Positions 12,854 through 21,575 of a stretch of DNA of 64,000 nucleotides are shown one piece after another. Within the stretch, counting starts at the first letter, position 1, and each line of letters starts with the position of its first letter. This DNA is from an uncultured Clostridia bacterium (GTDB lineage Bacteria > Bacillota > Clostridia > Lachnospirales > CAMVHY01): assembly GCA_947427385.1 (NCBI GenBank), contig CANEHT010000001.1, positions 19,572 through 83,571 on the forward strand, read 5' to 3'. Position numbers and translations under genes: made by a program. A model generated the notes under the pieces. It had not been told where the DNA came from. It was given only the letters and a program-made list of their open reading frames with translations, and ran no database searches.

Positions 12854-13309
12854 ATGGTGAAGGAAAATATACGCAATATGTTGTTGGATGTGATAAATAA
12901 TTATAATAAAAAGAATGGGGAATTAGATATATATTTTATTTTAGTTGATATGATTTTAAAAGAATTTGGAATAAATGATTTGAGGTTGGACGATTCAATA
13001 CTTTCTTCAGAATTAAAAAACAAAATTTCAGAACAAGCTGATTTATTTGCTATCAATTTTTATTGGATTTTGAATAATAATGAAAATGAAAAAAATATTG
13101 TTGATAAAATTTCAAAAGAAGAATCAGATTTAATTGATAAAATATGTTCTGTAATTAAAGAGGGAAGAACTGAATTACAAAGTTTAAATGAACAAAAAAG
13201 TATTCCGCAAGATGAACTTTCTTTGAAAGAGAAAATAGGTAATGTTGAGCAACAAAATAATTTTTATGTACCGAATCTTTATGAAGAAAATTCTATTGAA
13301 CATAAATAA
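12854..13309 (+). CDS. orphan acidic helical protein (151 aa)
   Basis: SD GGGGAGGG, 8-nt spacer, ATG 12854 (MVKENIRNML). No TM segment and no known motif. Confidence 0.65.
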   Translation: MVKENIRNMLLDVINNYNKKNGELDIYFILVDMILKEFGINDLRLDDSILSSELKNKISEQADLFAINFYWILNNNENEKNIVDKISKEESDLIDKICSVIKEGRTELQSLNEQKSIPQDELSLKEKIGNVEQQNNFYVPNLYEENSIEHK

Positions 13310-13321
13310 CAAAATGTTATT

Positions 13322-13354
13322 AAAAAACTTTGTGCAAATGCACAAAGTTTTTTT
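13322..13354. terminator. bidirectional rho-independent terminator
   Basis: A6-CTTTGTGCA-aa-TGCACAAAG-T7 lying between convergent genes 12854-13309 (+) and 13383-16139 (-). Confidence 0.75.
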
Positions 13355-13382
13355 GTTAAAGTTCTAAAGTAAAATTTTAAAA

Positions 13383-16139
13383 CTATAATTTTGTAATATC
13401 AGCGAATAAATGTCGTGCATCAAAAATTTTATTGCGATTACCTATCGTACAAACCATTGTTTTGTCTGAGTTATTTTTGATTTGCTGAGCAATATTTTTT
13501 ATGTCTTCAACTTTTGTAGAAATAATTTCTGTACGTGTTTGCAAAATTTCATCGCGTGAAGTTTCAGTAATATATTGACTAAAAGTAGTTTCGGCACGAT
13601 TTTCTACAGACTTCAATTTATCAAAAACATTTATTGCACTGACGATACATTTTTGAATTTGTTCATCAGAGAATTGAAAATTCAAAGCGTAATCTGCAGC
13701 TGCTAAAAATTTTTTATAAGTAGCTTCGATATTTGAGTCGGCGTATGAATAAAAATATATTGCGTTGTTTTTAAATTTGCAGTTAGAATCATATGCGCCA
13801 CCCATAACTCTTATCTCACGCATCAAATAAATTTTATCCATAAATGTTTCAAACGCATCGCAAAAGCCAGACAATTGAATGTCAAGCGGGATTATCATTG
13901 CATTCGTATTTATTGTTGTCAAATTATGAAATGCCTCATCCGTTTTATAATTTTTAAAGTCATAACTGCAAGATTTTTGTGGAGATGTCGGTAAACTTTG
14001 CATAAGGTTAATAAGTTTTGAATGGATTGCAGCAAAATTTTTTTCATCACAAACTATTTGCAAAAAAGAGTTTTCACGTGTAAAAATAATTTTAAAAACG
14101 TCCAAAAGTTTTTCTATCAAATCATCATATTCATCATCAAAATTTTGATTAAGATTTTTAATGAAATAATAAAAACAAATACCGTCAACAATATCTTTAT
14201 ACTTATATTCATCGCTGTTGTATGAATTAATCTTTTTGACAATATTCTCAATCGGATTTTTTATAAATGAATTTGTCATAAGCGCAAATTTTTGCAGTAA
14301 CAATTTTTTTATCAAACTTTTTGAATTAAAAGTTTTTATACTGAAAATTGCGTGCGTAATTTCAATTATGCTGTCAATATTACTTGGCAGCAACTTAATT
14401 TTTAAGTTCAACATTGGAATAAATTTCGTGTTATCTTTCGAGTAAGTATCGAATTCCATTTTTATATGTCCGATATTATTTATTATCGTTTGCATACTTT
14501 CGTTTGAATTTTCCTGCAATGCAGTGAAAACTAAAGTTTCAGCTAAAATTCCAACATACGGTAATAATTTTTCCGGCACGCAATCAGTTCTAAATGCAAA
14601 CCGCAGATAAATAATTTGTTCTGTATCCATCGGCGTATATAGAATTTTTTCCGTCGGATATTCTTTTGAATCACAAAAACCTAAAAATTTTGTTTCATCA
14701 ACTTTTGCAATCGGAATCAAATTTTCATTATTATCTTTGCTTTCAATAAAATTTTTCATTAGCTTTGCATTTTTCATATCTTCGGCGGATACATTAAATT
14801 GAAATGGATTTTTGCTATCGGGAATTAAACTTGTGAAAACGGCGTGTGTATTAAAAATGATATATTTTCTGATTAAATCTTCGAAATAGCCTTCATGAAT
14901 TTTTTTACGGAGTGAATTCAAAACTTTTATACGTTCAATTTTTGAAAATGGATTACCGTCATAAATCCAATCGGTTAGCATCAAAAGATTTAATACCAAA
15001 CCTTTCGGACGATTTTTATGGAATGATGTTCGCAAATCAAATTCATAATTATTTATGCACGATTCCAGCAACGGTTTATTTAATCCACTTTTATAAATCT
15101 GGCGGAAAATTTGCAAAATCGTATCCTTAAATTTTTCCGTACTACCGTTAAAATTTTCAGAAAGAATTGAATAAACTGGTTGATATATTTCAGTTTCAAG
15201 AAAAGTTTTTACCAGTGGCAAAAACCTTTTCAGTGGTGCGCCAACCATCTTTGCCAAATATGAATTCAAAACATTGAACGCCAAAACTAATTCCAAATTT
15301 AGCGCGGTATCGATAACAAATCCGGCACCGAAATATTTTTTTTGTGCGCCGGAAAAATCATATAGTGCATTTGCAATTAATGGTTCTGAAAAAATTGGTT
15401 GTTTCGGTATGGAAATTTTATTAGGATTTTCACGTGGCGTTAGGTATTCATCAAATAGTTCAAAATAAAAATCCAAATTGTCAATATTTCCATATAAATA
15501 AAGGAAGCAATTTTCTGGCGTGTAAAAATTTTTATGCAAGTCTACAATTTCTTGATGCTGTAATTTTAAAATTTCTTTAGGGACGCCCGATGATTCATAT
15601 TTATAAAATGTGCTCGGAAATAATTTTTTATGGATAAATGAACGAGTTTCACGTACCGGATTTGAAAAAGTTGATTTCATTTCACTATAAACTACGCCGT
15701 TTACGTCTAATCCATTTTCCATTTTTTCATAATGCCATGCTTCATGTAAAAATGTTTCAAAACGTAAAAGTGGATTAAATACGCAATCTAAATAAATTTT
15801 TGTGAGCTTAGCAAATTCACCATCATTCGTACTCGCAATTGGATAAACAGTTTTATCTTTAAACGTTATTGCATTTAAATATGTATAAAGTGAAGAAAAC
15901 GAAATTTCATTAAATGTATCTTTAAGCGGATATTTTTTGGAGCCACATAATGTACAATGTTCAAGAACATGTGGCGCACCTTTATCATCGCTCGGTAAAG
16001 TTTTAAATGCTACCGAAAAAACTTTATTGATATCATCATTTTTGATAAAAATAAGTTGTGCACCACTCGTATGTTCATATAAAAAGCCAGTGGAATCTAT
16101 TGATTCAATTGGTATTTCCTTTTTTAATGTAAAATTCAT
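13383..16139 (-). CDS. M16 family metallopeptidase (PreP/insulinase-like)
   Basis: 918 aa with an HxxEH zinc motif in GAPHVLEHCTLCGSKKYPLKD. The length and layout are typical of M16C presequence-protease-like enzymes. Confidence 0.85.
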   Translation of the reverse strand: MNFTLKKEIPIESIDSTGFLYEHTSGAQLIFIKNDDINKVFSVAFKTLPSDDKGAPHVLEHCTLCGSKKYPLKDTFNEISFSSLYTYLNAITFKDKTVYPIASTNDGEFAKLTKIYLDCVFNPLLRFETFLHEAWHYEKMENGLDVNGVVYSEMKSTFSNPVRETRSFIHKKLFPSTFYKYESSGVPKEILKLQHQEIVDLHKNFYTPENCFLYLYGNIDNLDFYFELFDEYLTPRENPNKISIPKQPIFSEPLIANALYDFSGAQKKYFGAGFVIDTALNLELVLAFNVLNSYLAKMVGAPLKRFLPLVKTFLETEIYQPVYSILSENFNGSTEKFKDTILQIFRQIYKSGLNKPLLESCINNYEFDLRTSFHKNRPKGLVLNLLMLTDWIYDGNPFSKIERIKVLNSLRKKIHEGYFEDLIRKYIIFNTHAVFTSLIPDSKNPFQFNVSAEDMKNAKLMKNFIESKDNNENLIPIAKVDETKFLGFCDSKEYPTEKILYTPMDTEQIIYLRFAFRTDCVPEKLLPYVGILAETLVFTALQENSNESMQTIINNIGHIKMEFDTYSKDNTKFIPMLNLKIKLLPSNIDSIIEITHAIFSIKTFNSKSLIKKLLLQKFALMTNSFIKNPIENIVKKINSYNSDEYKYKDIVDGICFYYFIKNLNQNFDDEYDDLIEKLLDVFKIIFTRENSFLQIVCDEKNFAAIHSKLINLMQSLPTSPQKSCSYDFKNYKTDEAFHNLTTINTNAMIIPLDIQLSGFCDAFETFMDKIYLMREIRVMGGAYDSNCKFKNNAIYFYSYADSNIEATYKKFLAAADYALNFQFSDEQIQKCIVSAINVFDKLKSVENRAETTFSQYITETSRDEILQTRTEIISTKVEDIKNIAQQIKNNSDKTMVCTIGNRNKIFDARHLFADITKL

Positions 16140-16151
16140 TATACCCGCCTC

Positions 16152-17354
16152 CTATTCCGATTTCATTTTTTCCAGATAATAATTTATTTTTTCGGGATTT
16201 TCGGAGAAAAGCAAAGCTTTTTCAAAATTTTCTTTTGCCTGTTCAAAATTTTTACTGTTATATGCTTGTAATCCTTTATCGTAATATATTTTTGCTGCGC
16301 TGGGATAAACTTTTTTTCGAAGTTTTTCTATTTGCTCTGATAATTCTTCAGATTTTACTGGGCTTAATCCGTATAAAATATCAGTAGCTTGAATAATTTT
16401 CTTCTGGCTATATAAATCTTGGGCTTGGGTAAGTAATTTTTGTGTCTCATTCTCTAATAATTTTTGCTGAAATTCTATATTATCTTTCGTTAGCTGCTCA
16501 TTTTCTTTCTTTAGCTTTGGTATCTCTTCATTTATTGTATCATAATTTTCCTGTATAACGTCTAATTCTTTTTGCAATTTCTCTATCGATTTATTCTTTG
16601 ACGAAATTTGTGCTGGGAATACTAACGCATAAATAATTATTATCCCAAAAAATATCCCTGATAAAAATATTACTGCTCGTGAAAAATTAAACATATCTAT
16701 AAATTTTATCTTCGTCGTAAAAAATTTTTTGCTCTGTAAATTTTTCTTGTCAATATATCTCTTGTAATAATTATTCGCTATTATATTTGAATTATCTATC
16801 TGCAATACGCGCTCTATAAGTTTTTGTGCCTTATCTTTTTCTTCTTGATAGATATAACATAATGCTAATAGGTTTAACGCATCGATAAAGTCTGGATTTA
16901 TCTCCAGACTTTTTTTTAACTGTATCACTCCCATATCATCATTATTTTGATTTATGTAATTCAAACCTAAATTATAAAACTTAATTGAATCATTATACTT
17001 ATCAAGAATTTTAGGATTTTGCTGTGCACTCATTAGGTAATCATTAGCAAGATTTATACCTTTAGAAAGAGTTTGACTAATGACCCAATGTTTTAATGCG
17101 TCGCCAATTCTTCCCATACGATAAAAAATAAGGCCCAAAAGATTTCGGGCATTAGTATTATTTTTATACAGGCAGAGACTTTTTTTAAGATAGATAATAG
17201 CGAAAGAGAGTTCATTATTTTTAGTAAAAGTAAGGGCATGATTATAGAAGGTATTTGATAAATCGATAATTTTTTTAGTTAAGATAATATCTTTTTTACA
17301 ATAGGGACAAATTTTGCCATAAGGGATTTCATTATTACATGCAGGGCATTTCAT
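16152..17354 (-). CDS. zinc-ribbon / TPR-repeat / single-TM / coiled-coil protein
   Basis: N-terminal CPACN...CPYCKK, TPR-like repeats, a TM segment (AVIFLSGIFFGIIIIYALVF) and a C-terminal coiled coil. It ends 12 nt before the M16 peptidase start, so the two are probably in one operon. Confidence 0.75.
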   Translation of the reverse strand: MKCPACNNEIPYGKICPYCKKDIILTKKIIDLSNTFYNHALTFTKNNELSFAIIYLKKSLCLYKNNTNARNLLGLIFYRMGRIGDALKHWVISQTLSKGINLANDYLMSAQQNPKILDKYNDSIKFYNLGLNYINQNNDDMGVIQLKKSLEINPDFIDALNLLALCYIYQEEKDKAQKLIERVLQIDNSNIIANNYYKRYIDKKNLQSKKFFTTKIKFIDMFNFSRAVIFLSGIFFGIIIIYALVFPAQISSKNKSIEKLQKELDVIQENYDTINEEIPKLKKENEQLTKDNIEFQQKLLENETQKLLTQAQDLYSQKKIIQATDILYGLSPVKSEELSEQIEKLRKKVYPSAAKIYYDKGLQAYNSKNFEQAKENFEKALLFSENPEKINYYLEKMKSE

Positions 17355-17364
17355 TTTTTTATTC

Positions 17365-17505
17365 TTACTCCTTATTGATATTGATACAAATATAGTTTAA
17401 AAAGTCCATGATATCACGTAATTCGTCAGATTCAACGGAATTTTCGACATCATCTATTCCATTAATAGGTTCATATTTTGACAATTCATATTCAAAATCA
17501 AGCAA
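17365..17505 (-). CDS. possible 46-aa acidic small protein (not in ORF track)
   Basis: My own reading: SD GAAAGGAG (17517-17524), 11-nt spacer, TTG 17505, encoding MLDFEYELSKYEPINGIDDVENSVESDELRDIMDFLNYICININKE. Its last codons (AAG GAG TAA) form the SD for the downstream TPR gene. Confidence 0.3.
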   Translation of the reverse strand: MLDFEYELSKYEPINGIDDVENSVESDELRDIMDFLNYICININKE

Positions 17506-17714
17506 ATTAAGTCAAACTCCTTTCACATCTTCCACAATATTTATTAATTATACAAATAATACCGCGTAATAGCCTATTTCATGTATAAGGACGTAAATTT
17601 TAGTAGAAAAAATGTAAATGTTTTTTGTTGTAAACAGTGATTTCATGAAGTATAATTCCATTTATTGGTAAGCTTCCAATTATTGACAACTCATTATTTT
17701 TGGAGGGATAAAAA

Positions 17715-18500
17715 TTGAGTAAGATAAAAGTATTGCTTGCAGATGATAATAAAGAATTTTGCGACGTAATAGGAGGATATTTAGAAAAACAAGGCGATAT
17801 TGATGTTATAGATTGTGCGTATGACGGAGTAACAGCGTATAAAAAAATACAGGAATTAAAACCAGATGTTGCGATATTAGATGGGATAATGCCGAAATTA
17901 GATGGATTAGGAGTATTAGAGAAATTAGATAAGAAAAATCATCCAACAAGTTCACCAATGTGTATAATTTTATCCGCTATTACTCAAGAGAAAATAACGC
18001 AAAAAGCAATAGAGTTAGGAGCGGAGTATTATATAGCGAAACCATTTGACATAGATATTTTAGCGAAACGAGTTCATCAACTCAATAATAATATATTGCC
18101 GAATAAAAATATTTTATTCAAGAATAATGCGCTGCCATTTGAAAACTATAGTTTAAAGTCAAAAGTAACAGGTATCCTACATAACATAGGAGTACCTGCA
18201 CATATTCGTGGCTATCATTATATGAGGGAAGCAATAATGATGGCGGTAGACGATATAGATATTTTAAACTATATAACGAAAGAATTATATCCGGCAATAG
18301 CAAAAAAATGTAATACGACATCGAGTAGAGTTGAGCGGGCAATAAGGCATGCGATAGAAGTTGCATGGAACAGAGGAAAGGTAGAGGAAATTGATAAATT
18401 TTTTGGCTATACGATAAATAATAATAAGGGGAAGCCAACGAATAGTGAATTTATTGCACTAATAGCAGATAGATTAAGATTAGAATTAAAAGCAAGTTAA
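17715..18500 (+). CDS. spo0A: sporulation master regulator Spo0A (response regulator)
   Basis: Receiver domain (VLLADDN...[14 protein letters not shown]) plus the Spo0A-specific C-terminal HTH ([12 protein letters not shown]...[20 protein letters not shown]...KPTNSEFIA). Starts at TTG with SD GGAGGG. Confidence 0.95.
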   Translation: MSKIKVLLADDNKEFCDVIGGYLEKQGDIDVIDCAYDGVTAYKKIQELKPDVAILDGIMPKLDGLGVLEKLDKKNHPTSSPMCIILSAITQEKITQKAIELGAEYYIAKPFDIDILAKRVHQLNNNILPNKNILFKNNALPFENYSLKSKVTGILHNIGVPAHIRGYHYMREAIMMAVDDIDILNYITKELYPAIAKKCNTTSSRVERAIRHAIEVAWNRGKVEEIDKFFGYTINNNKGKPTNSEFIALIADRLRLELKAS

Positions 18501-18548
18501 TTAACATAATGGAACAATTTTTCATATTTATAAAGAAAAAATGGAAGA

Positions 18549-19679
18549 GTGAGCGATATGAAAAATTGTTTGCAATATATTATAGAATATATGCCTGATA
18601 AGAGAGTAGAAGCAAATATAAAATCATTAGGAAAAGTAAAATATGAATTACCACTGATAAATAGTTTTGTACTGGAAATTGATAGAGATAAGTCAAATAT
18701 TTTACGTAAGCTTTGTAACTTAGAATTAATTCATGAAAATGCAAATATTACGGCACAAATGAATACGGCGCGAAAATCAGTTAATGCCGATATCGTAAAT
18801 AGTAAAGGCTATACGGGAAAGACTGTTACTATTTCGATATTAGATACGGGAATTTGTCCGGTAAATGATTTTTGTATGCCGCATAATCGAATTATTGCCT
18901 TTAAAGATTTTACTGCAAATAAACGTGAGCCATATGACGATAATGGTCATGGAACTCATGTTAGTGGGATTGCAGGTGGAAATGGATTTTTATCTGGTGG
19001 GAAATATATGGGGATTGCACCCGAATGTAATATCATAGCGCTAAAAATTTTAGACGCAACCGGTAAGGGAAATAGTGCAGATGTATTAGCAGGCCTTCAA
19101 TGGATTTTAGATAACAAAGATAAATTTAATATTCGCGTTATTAATTTATCAATAGGGACTAAAGATGAAGGACCGAATGACCCACTTATACGTGCGGTTG
19201 AAAAACTTTGGGATAGTGGTATCGTTGTAGTTATTGCCGCGGGGAATAATGGGCCAAATAAATCAAGTGTAACATCACCGGGAATTTGTAAGAAAGTAAT
19301 AACAGTAGGGGCATCGGATGACCATAAGACAGTAAATATTTGGGGGGATTCATTAATAAATTTTTCAGGACGTGGGCCTACATCCGAGTGCATTATTAAA
19401 CCAGATGTAATAGCACCTGGTGCAAATATTATATCGTGTCTGAGTAAGGAAGTGAAGAACTTAAAGTCGGTAGATAATAATTATGCAATGATGAGTGGGA
19501 CATCAATGTCGACACCGATAGTAACGGGAGCGATTGCATTATTACTAGATAGATTCCCACAATTATCACCGAATCAGGTAAAATTACGATTAAAACGGAG
19601 TACGATAAATTTAAATTACCCACAAAATCAACAAGGTTGGGGACTAATAGATATAAAAAAATTAGTAATGGGGGAATGA
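18549..19679 (+). CDS. subtilisin-like (S8) serine protease with I9-like propeptide, no signal peptide
   Basis: Catalytic triad contexts ILDTGI, HGTHVSGIAGG and SGTSMSTPIVTG. ATG 18558 is an alternative start. Confidence 0.88.
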   Translation: MSDMKNCLQYIIEYMPDKRVEANIKSLGKVKYELPLINSFVLEIDRDKSNILRKLCNLELIHENANITAQMNTARKSVNADIVNSKGYTGKTVTISILDTGICPVNDFCMPHNRIIAFKDFTANKREPYDDNGHGTHVSGIAGGNGFLSGGKYMGIAPECNIIALKILDATGKGNSADVLAGLQWILDNKDKFNIRVINLSIGTKDEGPNDPLIRAVEKLWDSGIVVVIAAGNNGPNKSSVTSPGICKKVITVGASDDHKTVNIWGDSLINFSGRGPTSECIIKPDVIAPGANIISCLSKEVKNLKSVDNNYAMMSGTSMSTPIVTGAIALLLDRFPQLSPNQVKLRLKRSTINLNYPQNQQGWGLIDIKKLVMGE

Positions 19680-19680
19680 G

Positions 19681-20085
19681 ATGTCACTTTATGAGGTAAC
19701 GCAAATGCTGCAGGATAAAAGTAAGATAAGGAATGATATGGAGGAAGCTGCCAATTTAATAAAGAATATGTTTTATGAGAGGTATCTGCAAAAGATTGAG
19801 GAAGAGGTAGAGTATCAACGATTGCAGGTAAAAAATAATCGGCCGAAAGAAATTGAGCTATTATATGCCTTAAAACCATTTATACCGCATGAGAAATATG
19901 TAATGGTAGATAAGCTAGCAGAATCAATAATGGTAATGAAGACGATAGCGGGCTTACAGGCAGAAATAGATAAATCAATTCATAAAGATGGCGTCTATGA
20001 TATAGATACAAATTGTTTGGCTGATAAAAAAAATAATTTCGCTAATGCTGCATTATTATTTGCGTTATGTTGTAAAGTAAATTGA
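19681..20085 (+). CDS. hypothetical 134-aa protein, tightly coupled to the S8 protease
   Basis: ATG lies 1 nt after the protease stop (TGAgATG). Helical, ends in ...AALLFALCCKVN. No known motif. Confidence 0.6.
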   Translation: MSLYEVTQMLQDKSKIRNDMEEAANLIKNMFYERYLQKIEEEVEYQRLQVKNNRPKEIELLYALKPFIPHEKYVMVDKLAESIMVMKTIAGLQAEIDKSIHKDGVYDIDTNCLADKKNNFANAALLFALCCKVN

Positions 20086-20103
20086 TTATAAAATATTAAC
20101 TAT

Positions 20104-20137
20104 AAAAAAAATCCGACAAATGTCGGATTTTTTTTTT
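20104..20137. terminator. bidirectional rho-independent terminator
   Basis: A8-ATCCGACA-aa-TGTCGGAT-T10 between convergent genes. Confidence 0.8.
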
Positions 20138-20339
20138 AATCTACTTGATATCTGTAGTCATCACTTTTATAATTATTGTTTTCAAGTTTTGGAATTGGTT
20201 CATTGTTTTCAAGTTTGAAAAATTTTTCTTTTATATAAGGAATTGGTAAAATAGCATATTCAAATTTTGGAATTAATTCATGTTGTGTATATGCATGATG
20301 GTTTTTTTTGTGGTGGAACTGACTCGGTTTGTGTCGCAA
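20136..20339 (-). CDS. downstream reading frame of a split low-complexity gene (continues 20278-20574 after a 1-nt shift)
   Basis: It has no SD of its own. Its frame joins the upstream ORF if the A8 tract (20302-20309) were A7. It encodes ...KNHHAYTQHELIPKFEYAILPIPYIKEKFFKLENNEPIPKLENNNYKSDDYRYQVD. Confidence 0.35.
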   Translation of the reverse strand: MRHKPSQFHHKKNHHAYTQHELIPKFEYAILPIPYIKEKFFKLENNEPIPKLENNNYKSDDYRYQVD

Positions 20340-20574
20340 TTTCTTGATGTTCGTGAAAGTTTTTTTGTTGTTTCATTTGTTCCGTTGATTGTTTCATTCG
20401 TTGTTTCTTTGATTGTTCCGCAAATTGTTCCATTAGTTCCATTGTTAGTTCCATTTTTAGTTCAATTGATTGTTTTATTCGTTGTTTCCTTTCTTGTTTC
20501 ATTAGTTGTTCCGTTGATTGTTTCATTGGTTCTATTACAAATCTTTCATATTTATTAGATTCACGTTCAGACAT
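20278..20574 (-). CDS. small K/Q/E/M-rich tandem-repeat protein (98 aa as written)
   Basis: SD GGAGGAATTATT-ATG. The protein (MSERESNKYE...) carries MKQSTEQ repeats, mirrored by DNA repeats (gttccgttgattgtttcatt appears twice). The promoter is TTGACT (20644-49), 17-nt spacer, TATAAT (20621-26). Confidence 0.6.
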   Translation of the reverse strand: MSERESNKYERFVIEPMKQSTEQLMKQERKQRIKQSIELKMELTMELMEQFAEQSKKQRMKQSTEQMKQQKNFHEHQEIATQTESVPPQKKPSCIYTT

Positions 20575-20752
20575 AATAATTCCTCCAAAAAATATATTTA
20601 AAAATTTTTATTGCAATAATATTATAATAAATAAAAATAAATAAGTCAAAAAATATTTAGGTAAAATTCATTTTAGTTAATTTTATAAGAAATTTTGCAA
20701 TGTATTGTTTTATTTTTTTTAATGTTCTAATTCTTTTTTGTTGGTATTATTT

Positions 20753-21415
20753 TTATATTTGTGGATTATGATCTATTTCTATATTAGGATTATATTGATT
20801 AGATTGAGTGATGTTGATTGGTATTAAATTGAGCAAAAGACAAATAGTATTTCTAGTGATTGAATCCTCAATTATTTTGCAAACATTATTTATATGATGT
20901 TCATAATTTTTATTTACAATAAACATAAAGTAAAAATATATGGAAGTTAATTCTTCATGTTTAATAATAGTTTGAAAATAATTGAAAAAAGTTGGGTAAT
21001 TGGGGTTTTCTGATATTTTTGATAATGCATTATAAAATTTAGCAATTTTTTTGCATTGTAAATCATTAAATGACTCATTTTTTTCTGGGTAATTTGCTAC
21101 AAACTCTATTAATTTTTCCTTAAGATTTTCAAAATCGTTTTTTTTAAGATTTTCTATTGCGGTTTCGAAAAGATCTTTTTTTAAATCTTTTGCTTTAGGT
21201 GAAGAAGTATTTTCATAAGTAGCTTTAATTTCGTGATAATTTTTCCAAAAAAAATTAATAGAATCTTTAAACTTTTGTATTGAAATATCAAGGTTAACAG
21301 TATCTCTCAATGAATTAAATTTATCTGCTTCATAGCAGGTTTTCAATTTAAACAAATCTGCATTCAATAAAAAATTAACAAATATTTCATTTTTATCTAT
21401 TCCATTTTCAGACAT
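20753..21415 (-). CDS. orphan helical protein (220 aa), paralog of the N- and C-terminal parts of 21572-22648
   Basis: SD AGAGGAATTTTT-ATG TCT GAA (MSENG). Shares FWKNY/FWEKE and a C-terminal INITQSNQYNP motif with its neighbour. Confidence 0.7.
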   Translation of the reverse strand: MSENGIDKNEIFVNFLLNADLFKLKTCYEADKFNSLRDTVNLDISIQKFKDSINFFWKNYHEIKATYENTSSPKAKDLKKDLFETAIENLKKNDFENLKEKLIEFVANYPEKNESFNDLQCKKIAKFYNALSKISENPNYPTFFNYFQTIIKHEELTSIYFYFMFIVNKNYEHHINNVCKIIEDSITRNTICLLLNLIPINITQSNQYNPNIEIDHNPQI

Positions 21416-21447
21416 AAAAATTCCTCTAAAAAAATATTTTTCATAAC

Positions 21448-21575
21448 ATAATTATTATACATCACAAAAAATATAAAAGTCAAATTTCAAAAATTATTTC
21501 GACAAAATTTATATTATAAAAATAAAAAAGCTGAACTCATATGAATTCAGTTTTTTTATGTGAAAAAAATTTTAT
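21448..21575 (-). repeat. intergenic module copy A: terminator + 0A-box + promoter (~128 bp)
   Basis: Near-identical to 22677-22802, with a 77-bp exact core at 21481-21557. It contains the palindromic hairpin CTGAAcTCATATGAaTTCAG, TTCGACA (21498-21504, which is TGTCGAA on the coding strand), TTGACT (21478-83) and TATAAT (21454-59). Confidence 0.9.

Noticed and set aside
20280-20558. A 92-aa plus-strand ORF with FVVS/LIV repeats opposite the repeat-protein gene.
   Set aside because: It is the mirror image of the tandem-repeat minus-strand gene. Only the minus-strand ORF has a promoter, SD and ATG, and repeats keep both strands open by construction.
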